A stretch of 60,118 nucleotides of DNA from Solirubrobacteraceae bacterium (GTDB taxonomy: Bacteria; Actinomycetota; Thermoleophilia; Solirubrobacterales; Solirubrobacteraceae): the NCBI GenBank assembly GCA_035496995.1, contig DATJEE010000251.1, positions 1-60,118 on the forward strand. The letters are read 5' to 3'. Each line of letters opens with the position of its first letter. The stretch's first letter is position 1. The position numbers and the translations under genes were made by a program. Below, in pieces: positions 44,944 through 54,310 of this stretch. The notes beneath the pieces are model-generated. The model saw only the letters and a list, made by a program, of their open reading frames with translations. It was not told where the DNA came from and made no database searches.

Positions 44944-45135
44944 TTAGGCGTTGAGGCTCTTGGACTTCGCGTCGGCGTCGTCGTCGTCGCCCGAGATGTT
45001 CGACAGCGAGTCCTTGAACTCGCGCATGCCCTTGCCGAGCGACTTGCCGACCTCGGGAAGCTTCTTGGGCCCGAGGACCACCAGGGCGATGACCAGGACG
45101 ACGATGAGCTCCATCGGTCCGATGTTGAAAGGCAT
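44944..45135 (-). CDS. tatA: twin-arginine translocase subunit TatA/E
   Basis: MPFNIGPMELIVVLVIALVVLGPKKLPEVGKSLGKGMREFK is a canonical TatA N-terminus. GGAG RBS present. Confidence 0.9.
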   Translation of the reverse strand: MPFNIGPMELIVVLVIALVVLGPKKLPEVGKSLGKGMREFKDSLSNISGDDDDADAKSKSLNA

Positions 45136-45226
45136 TGGAACTCCTAGCGGCTCGGGGTCGACTCCATCGTAGAGCCAGTTGGATGCTTATACGCCCATAC
45201 GCGCCGGCCAGATGCGTGAGCTGGAC

Positions 45227-45862
45227 CTATTGACCGCCGGTCTCGAGCGCCGCGGGCACCGGCGCCAGCCGCGCGGCCTGGCGCAGGACGACGAGATGCT
45301 GTCCCTCGGCCGCCATGATCGCCGCTCCCCGCTGCACGAGCTTGGACTGGATGAACTTCGCCTGGACGTCGTAGTACGCCGCCACGGCGGCCGTCTCGAG
45401 CGCGATCGCGAACGCCAGCACGTCGGCCTCGGTCCTGATGTCGCCGAGGCCCTTGACGACCGCGTCGACGTCCGCGACGCCCGCCGGCGCCGGCGGCGGC
45501 GTGCCGCCGAGGTCCGTGAGCGCCGTCGTCAGCGTGTCGGCGTGCTGCTGCTCGTGCCCGCGCAGGGTCCGCGTCAGCGCCTCGACGCGCGCCGACAGCA
45601 GCCCGCGCCCGAGGATCGTGTCGTACGCGAGGACCGACACGTGCTCGAGCTTGATGGCCTTCGTCAGCAGCGTCGTGTCGTCGTCGTTGGCGGCGAACGC
45701 GTCGCGGACGGCGAGCAGCACGGGGATCGAGGACGCCGCGACGACCGCGCCGCCGAGCCCGAGGCCCCGGCGCAGCAGCGCGCGCCGGTCGCGCTCGAAG
45801 GCCGCGACCTGCGCCGTGTCGGCGTCGCCGTCGGCGATCGCGACGAGCGGCTCGCGCGCCAT
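45227..45862 (-). CDS. Tat-signal ferritin-like domain protein
   Basis: Twin-Arg signal RRALLRRGLGLGGAVVAASS. Four-helix ferritin-like pattern with E...EQQH and E...EGQH pairs (LEHVSVLAY, GHEQQHAD, ALETAAVAAY, AAEGQHL). Confidence 0.75.
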   Translation of the reverse strand: MAREPLVAIADGDADTAQVAAFERDRRALLRRGLGLGGAVVAASSIPVLLAVRDAFAANDDDTTLLTKAIKLEHVSVLAYDTILGRGLLSARVEALTRTLRGHEQQHADTLTTALTDLGGTPPPAPAGVADVDAVVKGLGDIRTEADVLAFAIALETAAVAAYYDVQAKFIQSKLVQRGAAIMAAEGQHLVVLRQAARLAPVPAALETGGQ

Positions 45863-45865
45863 CGC

Positions 45866-46441
45866 CTAGCTCGCCTGCCCGAACACGAACGCATCCGGGA
45901 TCTGCGGCTCGTGCAGCGCCCCGGCGAGGACCGCCACGTGCTCGGCCTCGCACGTGAGGATCGCCGAGATCGTCGAGCGGATCTCCCCCTGCGAGATCTT
46001 CGGCAGCAGGTCGATGTACGCCGCGATGATGTTGTTCTCGAAGCTCACGGCGTAGCGCAGGACCTCGGCCGAGGAGTGCAGCGGCGGGAACTCGTAGCGG
46101 CGCTTGGCCGTGTTCGGCACGCCGTCGAGGTCACGGATCGCGCGAGTGAGCGTGTCGGCGTGCTCCTGCTCCTGCTCGAGGAAGCCCTGCGCGATGCGCA
46201 GCCGGCTCCCGCGCAGCCGTCCGGCGCCGGTCTTGTAGGCCGCGATCGAGCTGAACTCGAGATCCAGGACGGAGTTGAGGAGCTCGACGTCGGCGGTGTC
46301 GGACTCGTCGGGCGCCGTCTTGACCTGCGGGTTCTTCGTGTCGTCGCCGCAGCCGGCGAGCAGGGCGGCCGAGGAGACCGCCGCGCCGGCCACGCCGAAG
46401 AGGCGCCGGCGCGAAAGACCGTCGATGTCCAGATCTACCAC
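45866..46441 (-). CDS. Tat-signal ferritin-like lipoprotein (paralog of the previous gene)
   Basis: GTG 46441 overlaps the cysM 3' end. SRRRLFGVAGAAVSSAALLAGCG (Tat motif plus lipobox). LEFSSIAAY, EQEQEHAD, FENNIIAAY and CEAEHVA. Confidence 0.7.
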   Translation of the reverse strand: MVDLDIDGLSRRRLFGVAGAAVSSAALLAGCGDDTKNPQVKTAPDESDTADVELLNSVLDLEFSSIAAYKTGAGRLRGSRLRIAQGFLEQEQEHADTLTRAIRDLDGVPNTAKRRYEFPPLHSSAEVLRYAVSFENNIIAAYIDLLPKISQGEIRSTISAILTCEAEHVAVLAGALHEPQIPDAFVFGQAS

Positions 46442-47406
46442 CAGACGGTGGAGTCTAGGTTCTCGATCTCCTCGAGGGGCTTGGTGTAAATGCCGGAGGA
46501 CAGGTACTTCCAGCCGTCGTCGCAGACGATGAACACGACGTTGCCCTCGTCGATCTCGTTGGCGATCCGCACGGCCACGCGGGCGATCGCGCCCGACGAG
46601 ACGCCGGCGAAGATGCCCTCCTCGTCGAGCAGCTTGCGCGTCCAGATGACGGCGTCGGTGTTCGTGACGAAGATCTTGCGGTCGAGGATGCTCAGATCGA
46701 TGATCGGCGGGATGAAGCCGTCCTCGAGCGAGCGCAGGCCCTGGACGGGCTCGCCCTGCATCGGCTCGGCGGCGACGATCTTCACGGCGTCCCCGAACTC
46801 CTCGCGGAAGCGGCGCCCGTTGCCCATGAGCGTGCCGCCGGTGCCGAGGCCGGCGACGAAGGCCGTGATCTCGTCGAGCTCCTCGAGGATCTCCTTCGCC
46901 GTCCCGTTGTAGTGCGCGAGCGGGTTGGCCTCGTTGCCGTACTGGTAGGGCATGTAGTAGCGGTCGGTGTCCTGGGCCATCTCGTTGGCCAGCGCGACCG
47001 CGCCGTTGGAGCCCTGGTTGCCGGGGCTGTAGACGATCTCCGCGCCGTACATCAGCAGCAGCTGGGTGCGCTCGGGCGTCACGTTGTCGGGCATGACGAC
47101 CGTCAGCGGATAGCCCTTGCGCGAGCAGATCATCGCGAGGCTGATGCCGGTGTTGCCGGACGTCGGCTCGAGGATCGTCTGGCCGGGCCGGATGAGCCCC
47201 TCCTCCTCGGCGTGCTCGATGAGCGCGCGGGCGACGCGGTCCTTGACCGAGCCCGTCGGGTTCATCGACTCCATCTTCGCCCAGATGCGCACGCCCGGCT
47301 TCGGGCTGAGGCGCTTGAGCTCGACGAGCGGCGTGTTGCCGATCGCCTGGACGATGTCCCCGTAGCGACCGCCGCAGGGGCGATTCTGGAGCGGCGGGAG
47401 AGCCAT
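46435..47406 (-). CDS. cysM: PLP-dependent cysteine synthase (CysM/CysK family; context suggests CysO-thiocarboxylate-dependent CysM)
   Basis: NPTGSVKDR lysine motif and SGNTGISLA. The length (323 aa) and the neighbourhood with mec fit the mycobacterial-type CysM. Confidence 0.88.
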   Translation of the reverse strand: MALPPLQNRPCGGRYGDIVQAIGNTPLVELKRLSPKPGVRIWAKMESMNPTGSVKDRVARALIEHAEEEGLIRPGQTILEPTSGNTGISLAMICSRKGYPLTVVMPDNVTPERTQLLLMYGAEIVYSPGNQGSNGAVALANEMAQDTDRYYMPYQYGNEANPLAHYNGTAKEILEELDEITAFVAGLGTGGTLMGNGRRFREEFGDAVKIVAAEPMQGEPVQGLRSLEDGFIPPIIDLSILDRKIFVTNTDAVIWTRKLLDEEGIFAGVSSGAIARVAVRIANEIDEGNVVFIVCDDGWKYLSSGIYTKPLEEIENLDSTVWW

Positions 47407-47471
47407 GATGGCCGAGTCTACCCAGGAGCGGGGGGCGCGTCTTCATCTCTGCTGCGCCAGCTTGCCGGCGG

Positions 47472-48626
47472 TCAGCTCTCGTAGCGCGCGATCCACTGCG
47501 CGAGGAAGGGCTCGGCGATCGCGTAGGCGCCGCGGCCCTCGCGCCGGACGTGCTCCGCTCGCACGAGCGCGGCGAGCGCCGTCTGGACCGTCGCGGTGGA
47601 CGGCAGCCCGTGGCGCTCCTGGTAGCCGCTCGTCAGCGGCCGCCCCGGCCCCTCCGCCGCGAGCGCCTGCAGCACCATCCGCTGGGCGGCCGCCGCGCGC
47701 TCCCAGAGCAGGCTGAAATGCGTGTGCTCGGAGCGCAGCGTCGCCTCCAGGGCGCGCTCGAGCTCGGCCTCGCCGGCGGGCACGCCGGGCGTCGTCGCCT
47801 CCCAGAGGAAGTACAGGAGCTCCTGCGTCGCGTACGGGTGCCCGCCGGTGATCGCCAGCGCGCCGGACCCCGCCGCGTAGCCCAGGGCCTTGCCGGTCTG
47901 CGTGAAGCGCGCGGTCGCGTAGTCCGTGAAGAGGCCGGGGTCGATCGGGCCGAGCTCCAGCTGCTTGGCCGAGCGCCAGAAGGGCTCGTTCTCGTCGTTG
48001 AAGATCCGCGACATCATGTGGCGCCTGCTGCCGAGGTAGACGTGCGCGACCTCGGGCTGCTCCTGGAAGACCGACCGCATGAGCTTGATGAGGCCGGGGT
48101 CGATCGCGATGACCTCCTGGAACTCGTCGAGGACGAGCGCGACGCGGCGCCTGCGCTCGGCCCCCAGGCGCGCGGGCAGCGCCAGCAGCGCCTCGAGCGT
48201 CGCGTCGAGGTCGGGCTCGGAGCTGCGCCCGGCGAAGCTGAAGGAGAACGACCCCTCGGGCGTCACCGTCGCGACCGGCACGAGCCGCAGCGCGCCGAAG
48301 ACCTTCAGCCGCTCGCGGGCGCGCAGCAGGGGCGTCGCGATCTCGTCGTGGATCGCCTTGGCGAGCTTCTCGGCGAGACGCTCCTTGGTCGGGGCCCGCA
48401 GGAGGTCGACCTGGGCGACGAGGACGCCCTCGCGGACGAGGTCCTGCGCGACGCGCCACAGCAGCGAGGACTTGCCGTAGCGGCGCGGCGCGACGATGAC
48501 GACGTCCTGGCCGTTGCGGATGTCCGCCGACAGCTCGCGCAGCTCGTCCGCCCGATCGGTGAACGCCTCGTCGAGCGCGAGCGGACCGAAGCGGAACGGG
48601 TTGCGGTACGTCGGGTCGGCGCTCAT
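47472..48626 (-). CDS. AAA-type ATP-binding protein (archaeal-type ATPase domain plus C-terminal winged-helix-like region)
   Basis: NPFRFGPL...FTDRADELRELS, Walker A APRRYGKSSLL, Walker B VALVLDEFQEV. Confidence 0.8.
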   Translation of the reverse strand: MSADPTYRNPFRFGPLALDEAFTDRADELRELSADIRNGQDVVIVAPRRYGKSSLLWRVAQDLVREGVLVAQVDLLRAPTKERLAEKLAKAIHDEIATPLLRARERLKVFGALRLVPVATVTPEGSFSFSFAGRSSEPDLDATLEALLALPARLGAERRRRVALVLDEFQEVIAIDPGLIKLMRSVFQEQPEVAHVYLGSRRHMMSRIFNDENEPFWRSAKQLELGPIDPGLFTDYATARFTQTGKALGYAAGSGALAITGGHPYATQELLYFLWEATTPGVPAGEAELERALEATLRSEHTHFSLLWERAAAAQRMVLQALAAEGPGRPLTSGYQERHGLPSTATVQTALAALVRAEHVRREGRGAYAIAEPFLAQWIARYES

Positions 48627-48746
48627 CTCGCCAAGGATTATGCCAGATGAGATTATGTGTTCCTACATAGTCGGCGCCATCCCGCGGGGTCCGGCGGCCG
48701 CGCCCGGTAGCGTCCGGCCGCGTCCACCCCCGGAGGCGCGCACGCA

Positions 48747-50138
48747 GTGGTCTTCCCGACGGTCCAGTTCGCAGTCTTCTTCACGATCGTCCTCACGCTG
48801 TCGTGGGCGCTCATGCCGCGCCAGCACATCTGGAAGCCGTTCATGCTCGCGGCGAGCTACCTGTTCTACAGCGCGGCGGACCCGAAGTTCTGCATCCTGC
48901 TCGCGGGCGTGACGCTCGGCAACCAGGCGGCCGCGCACCTCGTGCACCGCACCGAGGACGAGCGGCTGCGCAAGATCATCGTCGGCATCGCGGTCGCGCT
49001 GGACCTCGGGACGCTCGGCGTCTTCAAGTACTACGGGTTCTTCGCCGAGGAGACCAACGCGCTGCTCGACGACGTCGGGCTCGGGTTGCCGCTGCCGCTC
49101 GCGTCGATCGCCCTCCCGGTCGGCATCAGCTTCATCGTCTTCCAGGCGATCTCCTACACCGTCGACGTCCACCGCCGGCTGCTGCCGCCCGCCAAGACGA
49201 TCGACGTCGGCCTGTACCTCAGCTTCTTCCCGCACCTCGTCGCCGGCCCGATCGTGCGTGCGCGCGAGTTCCTGCCCCAGCTCGAGAGCGCGCGCGACCC
49301 GCGCCAGGTCGCCGTCGGCGCCGGCGTCACGCTGATCGTCATCGGCCTCGTCAAGAAGGTCGCGATCGCCGACTACCTCGCGCGCTCGGTCGTCGACCCC
49401 GTGTTCGCCGTGCCGCAGGCCTACTCGGCGCCGGACGTCGTCCTCGCGACGTACGCCTACGCCGTGCAGATCTTCTGCGACTTCTCGGGCTACACGGACA
49501 TCGCGATCGGCCTCGCGCTGCTCATGGGCTTCGTCTTCCCGCAGAACTTCGACCGTCCCTACCGCGCCCTGAGCTTCCGCGAGTTCTGGCGGCGCTGGCA
49601 CATCACGCTCTCGCGCTTCCTGCGCGACTTCCTCTACATCCCGCTCGGCGGCAACCGCCACGGCAAGCTGCGCCAGGCGCGCAACCTCATGATCACGATG
49701 GTCCTCGGCGGGCTCTGGCACGGCGCCGCGTGGGGCTTCGTGCTGTGGGGCTTCATCCACGGCGCCGCGCTCGTCATCGAGAACCTCTTCCGCGGGCGGA
49801 TCTCGCCGCCCGCGTGGCTGAAGTGGTTGTTGACCTTCCACCTCGTCGTGCTCGCCTGGATCCCGTTCCGCGCGCCCGACCTGACGCTCGCGGGCGACTT
49901 CATCTCGCGCCTCGTCCACCCCGGGACGCCGACGCTCTGGAAGGTGCCGGTCGTCGCCGTCGTCCTGCTCGTCATCGGCCTGCAGCTCGCCCCGTCGAAG
50001 CCGATGGACGCGCTGCGCGTACGCTTCGAGCGCCTGCATCCGGCGGCCCTCGCCGCGACGATGGCGGTCGTCATCGTGTTCGTCACTGCGACGGTGTCCA
50101 GCCAGGGCGTGCCACCGTTCATCTACTTCCAGTTCTGA
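48747..50138 (+). CDS. MBOAT-family membrane O-acyltransferase (AlgI/DltB/PatA-like)
   Basis: GTG start. Multi-pass membrane protein with the MBOAT block FWRRWHITLSRFLRDFLYIPLGGNR...GLWHGAAW, including the conserved His. Confidence 0.88.
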   Translation: MVFPTVQFAVFFTIVLTLSWALMPRQHIWKPFMLAASYLFYSAADPKFCILLAGVTLGNQAAAHLVHRTEDERLRKIIVGIAVALDLGTLGVFKYYGFFAEETNALLDDVGLGLPLPLASIALPVGISFIVFQAISYTVDVHRRLLPPAKTIDVGLYLSFFPHLVAGPIVRAREFLPQLESARDPRQVAVGAGVTLIVIGLVKKVAIADYLARSVVDPVFAVPQAYSAPDVVLATYAYAVQIFCDFSGYTDIAIGLALLMGFVFPQNFDRPYRALSFREFWRRWHITLSRFLRDFLYIPLGGNRHGKLRQARNLMITMVLGGLWHGAAWGFVLWGFIHGAALVIENLFRGRISPPAWLKWLLTFHLVVLAWIPFRAPDLTLAGDFISRLVHPGTPTLWKVPVVAVVLLVIGLQLAPSKPMDALRVRFERLHPAALAATMAVVIVFVTATVSSQGVPPFIYFQF

Positions 50139-51178
50139 TGTCCTCGACCCAGCGCGATCCCTTCATCCTCGACCGGCCCACGGGCCGGCGCCTGACCGCG
50201 CGCGACGCGATCCTCTGCATCGGCATCACCGCGGCGCTGCTGATCGTCCTCAAGGGCGGGTCGATCCGCAGCACGGGCGAGAAGATGGACCCGGGCCTCG
50301 AGCGCACGGTCGTGCGCGCGATCGGCGCGCCGGCCGGCTGGCTCGCCGACCGGCTGCCGCTCGCCGACGCCGTCAACAGCGCGACGTCGTGGCTGTCGCC
50401 CGACAAGAAGCTCACCGGCGGGGCCGGTGCCTTCGACGCGCCGCCCGCGGGCGCCGGCGCCGCGGCGGTCTCCGGCGCGACGGCGCCGGTCACCCCGGAC
50501 GCGTTCGACCCCGCCGCGCTGGGCGAGAAGCCCAAGCTGCTGCCGAAGCTCGGGACGCTGCTCGTCACGGGCGACTCGCTCGCCCAGCCGCTGGACGCCG
50601 AGCTCGCGCGCGATCTGGCGTCCAAGGGCGTCAAGACCGTCCGCGACGCCCATCTCGGCACCGGCATCTCAAAGACCGACCTCGTCGACTGGGGCCAGCT
50701 GTCGGCGCTGCAGGTCAAGCAGCGCAAGCCGGACGGCGTCGTGATGTTCATGGGCGCCAACGAGGGCTTCCCGATGCCGGGGCCCGGCGGCAAGCTCGTG
50801 CAGTGCTGCGGCCCGAACTGGGCGGCGATCTACGCGACCCGTGCCCGCAAGATGATGGACACCTACCGCCGAGGAGGCGCGGCGCGCGTCTACTGGCTCA
50901 CGCTGCCGCTCCCGCGCGACGCCGCCCGCCAGAAGATCGCGCGCTCGGTCAACGCGGCGATCCTCGTCGCCGCGCAGCCGTTCCGCTCGCAGGTGCGCGT
51001 CCTCGACATGACGGCGCTCTTCACGCCGGGCGGCCGCTACCGCGCCGCGATGCCGATCAGCGGCCGCAACACGATCGTGCGGCGCCCCGACGGCATCCAT
51101 CTCAACGACGCCGGCGCGCACCTCGCCGCCATCGACGTCATGGCGCGGCTGCGCAACGACTTCCAGTCGCTGCGCTGA
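50138..51178 (+). CDS. membrane-anchored SGNH/GDSL hydrolase-like protein (DUF459-like), partner of the MBOAT
   Basis: TGATG overlap with the MBOAT stop. N-terminal TM helix. SGNH blocks LLVTGDSLA, GANEG and RPDGIHLNDAG. Confidence 0.75.
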   Translation: MSSTQRDPFILDRPTGRRLTARDAILCIGITAALLIVLKGGSIRSTGEKMDPGLERTVVRAIGAPAGWLADRLPLADAVNSATSWLSPDKKLTGGAGAFDAPPAGAGAAAVSGATAPVTPDAFDPAALGEKPKLLPKLGTLLVTGDSLAQPLDAELARDLASKGVKTVRDAHLGTGISKTDLVDWGQLSALQVKQRKPDGVVMFMGANEGFPMPGPGGKLVQCCGPNWAAIYATRARKMMDTYRRGGAARVYWLTLPLPRDAARQKIARSVNAAILVAAQPFRSQVRVLDMTALFTPGGRYRAAMPISGRNTIVRRPDGIHLNDAGAHLAAIDVMARLRNDFQSLR

Positions 51179-51190
51179 GGCGGAGCGGCG

Positions 51191-51574
51191 CTACTTGTTC
51201 TGCTGGTAGTTGAAGTTCACGCGCTTGGAGCCCGACCGGCACTTCACCTTGCCGTTGGCCTGGGTCGGGAGCTGCAGGTCCGCCGGGCGCGTCTCCGTGC
51301 AGGTGTAGGTCTTGACCTTGTGCGTGCAGTGGCCCGTCACGCCCTTCTCCTTGCGGCACTTGTTGAACGCCTTGGCGACGTCCTGGGCGCCCGTGCACGA
51401 CACGCCCTGCACCTTGATCTGCGTGACGTAGGTCGCGCCGAGGCTCGCGCTCTTCTTCACCGACAGCTCCGGGCACGACTTCAGTCCGGCGGCCGACCCG
51501 CCGGGGGCGGCGACCAGCAGCGTGGCCGTCGCTGCGAGGGATGCTGCTGAGATCAGGCGGGTGAGGGAAGGCAC
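51191..51574 (-). CDS. small exported basic six-cysteine protein
   Basis: GTG 51574 with GAGAGG upstream. Signal-like N-terminus LISAASLAATATLLVAAPGGSAAG. The mature part has six Cys residues and many Lys residues. The DNA is visibly less GC-rich than its neighbours. Confidence 0.55.
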   Translation of the reverse strand: MPSLTRLISAASLAATATLLVAAPGGSAAGLKSCPELSVKKSASLGATYVTQIKVQGVSCTGAQDVAKAFNKCRKEKGVTGHCTHKVKTYTCTETRPADLQLPTQANGKVKCRSGSKRVNFNYQQNK

Positions 51575-51660
51575 GATGCTCTGAGACCTCTCGGAAGCGG
51601 TTGGGCGGATGCTCGACAGATCGGCAGGCGCAGGACGCGCCTTTAACGTAGCGCCGGCGC

Positions 51661-52725
<1,065 letters not shown>

Positions 52726-52727
52726 GA

Positions 52728-53948
52728 CTACCGCAGCCGCGGCAGCGCGCCGTCGGCCCGCAGCCGGGCGATGACGAGCGAGGCCGCGATCCGCGCGCCC
52801 GCCGTCGACAGGTGCACGCCGTCGGGCTGGCGCGCGCTGACCGTCCGGCCGTGGTAGGTCACCAGCTGGCGGAAGTGCCCGCCCGGCGTGAAGACGCGCC
52901 CGAGCTCGATGACGCGGACGCCGCCGCCGACCCGCGCCGCCGCCCGCCGGATCGCGGGGTTGATCGCGTTGAAGACGCGCGCGAAGTTGCCGCCGCGCGG
53001 CGCGGGCAGCGTCATCCAGTACACGAGCGAGCGCCCGCCGCGGCGGTAGGAGCGCATCATCGACGCCACGCGGCGCGCGTACTCCGCGATCCAGCCGGCA
53101 CCGCAGCAGCCGACGCTCGCGCCCGACGGCGTCTTCATCGGGAAGCCGTCGTTGGCGCCGAGCGTGATGACCGTGACGTCGGGCTTGAAGCTCGACGCCT
53201 GCTCGCGCGCCTTGTGCAGCCAGTCGAGCATCCCGAGCTTCGAGATGCCCGTGCTGATGTGCGCGTCGCTGCGCACGACGGTCGCGCGCCGGTCGGCGAG
53301 GCCGGCCTTGAGGAAGCCGTCGACGATCTGGATCATCGAGTCGCCGGTCGCGAGCAGGCGCAGGTGCGGCGCGCGCCCGGACGCGGGCCGCGGCGGCGCG
53401 CGCGTCGGCAGCTGCTGCGGCGGCCCGGGCGGGAACTGCTGCACGCAGGCGAGGCGGTCGGTCGACGCCTCGCACGGGCCGCCGTCGTGCCAGGTGATCG
53501 CGGTGCGCCAGGCGACCGTCCGGCCGAGCCGCACGTGCAGCGCGCGCGCCGGCGCGCGCAGGCGCAGGAAGTCGCCGTTGAGCAGGACGCGCGCGCCCCG
53601 CAGGACCCGCGGCGTGCCGACCGCGTCGCCGTCGGCGTCGGTCGCCTCCAGCGCGGCCGTCAGGCGCCCGTCGCGGGACCCGACGCAGACGCGCCGGCGC
53701 GAGGGCACGTCGGGGCTGAGGACGAGGCAGACGACGCGCCCCTGGCCGGCATCCAGCTCGCCCGCCGGCACGATCTGCGAGAGGCGCAGCTCGAGCTGCA
53801 GGGCGGTGCCGGCCTGCTGCAGGCCCGCGGACACGATCTGGACCGACGGCGCCGGCGCCGGGGACGCGACCGGCTCCTGCGCGAGGGCGGCGGCCGGCGC
53901 TGCGAGAGCGGCCGCACAGCACCCGGTCGCGACGAGCGCGCGACGCAA
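52728..53948 (-). CDS. exported protein with C-terminal SGNH (DUF459-like) domain, paralog of 50138-51178
   Basis: Apparent TTG start and a signal-like N-terminus. The C-terminal half aligns with the MBOAT partner (LLATGDSMIQ / LLVTGDSLAQ; GANDGFPM / GANEGFPM; CCGAGW / CCGPNW; QPDGVHLS / RPDGIHLN). Confidence 0.7.
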   Translation of the reverse strand: MRRALVATGCCAAALAAPAAALAQEPVASPAPAPSVQIVSAGLQQAGTALQLELRLSQIVPAGELDAGQGRVVCLVLSPDVPSRRRVCVGSRDGRLTAALEATDADGDAVGTPRVLRGARVLLNGDFLRLRAPARALHVRLGRTVAWRTAITWHDGGPCEASTDRLACVQQFPPGPPQQLPTRAPPRPASGRAPHLRLLATGDSMIQIVDGFLKAGLADRRATVVRSDAHISTGISKLGMLDWLHKAREQASSFKPDVTVITLGANDGFPMKTPSGASVGCCGAGWIAEYARRVASMMRSYRRGGRSLVYWMTLPAPRGGNFARVFNAINPAIRRAAARVGGGVRVIELGRVFTPGGHFRQLVTYHGRTVSARQPDGVHLSTAGARIAASLVIARLRADGALPRLR

Positions 53949-53961
53949 CGGCTCGTGCCCG

Positions 53962-54234
53962 TCAGCCCCCGGCCATGGCCGGCAGGATCACGAGCACATC
54001 GGTCCCGCCGACGGGCGTGTCGAGACCGTCGAGCACGCGGACGTCCTCGTCGTTGAGGTAGACGTTGACGTAGCGGTTGAGCTCGCCGCCGGCGGCGAAG
54101 AGCTGCGCCTGCGTGTCGGGGTGCGACTCGGCGAGCGAGCGCAGGACGTCACCGACGTTGTCGCCGGTGGCGTCGACCTCCTTGACGCCGCCGGTGGACG
54201 GGCGCAGGACGGGTGGGATGCGGACGATGGCCAT
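53962..54234 (-). CDS. MoaD/ThiS-family sulfur-carrier protein (CysO-like) ending in Gly-Gly
   Basis: The C-terminus ...VLVILPAMAGG is followed by a stop. It has the size and pattern of a beta-grasp sulfur carrier and lies next to an E1-like enzyme. Confidence 0.8.
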   Translation of the reverse strand: MAIVRIPPVLRPSTGGVKEVDATGDNVGDVLRSLAESHPDTQAQLFAAGGELNRYVNVYLNDEDVRVLDGLDTPVGGTDVLVILPAMAGG

Positions 54235-54310
54235 ATGCGGAGTATCTAGCACGCCGCGGGCATCCGGCCCGCGCCCTTGAGATCGAACGGCTTCATCCGG
54301 CCGCCGTTTG

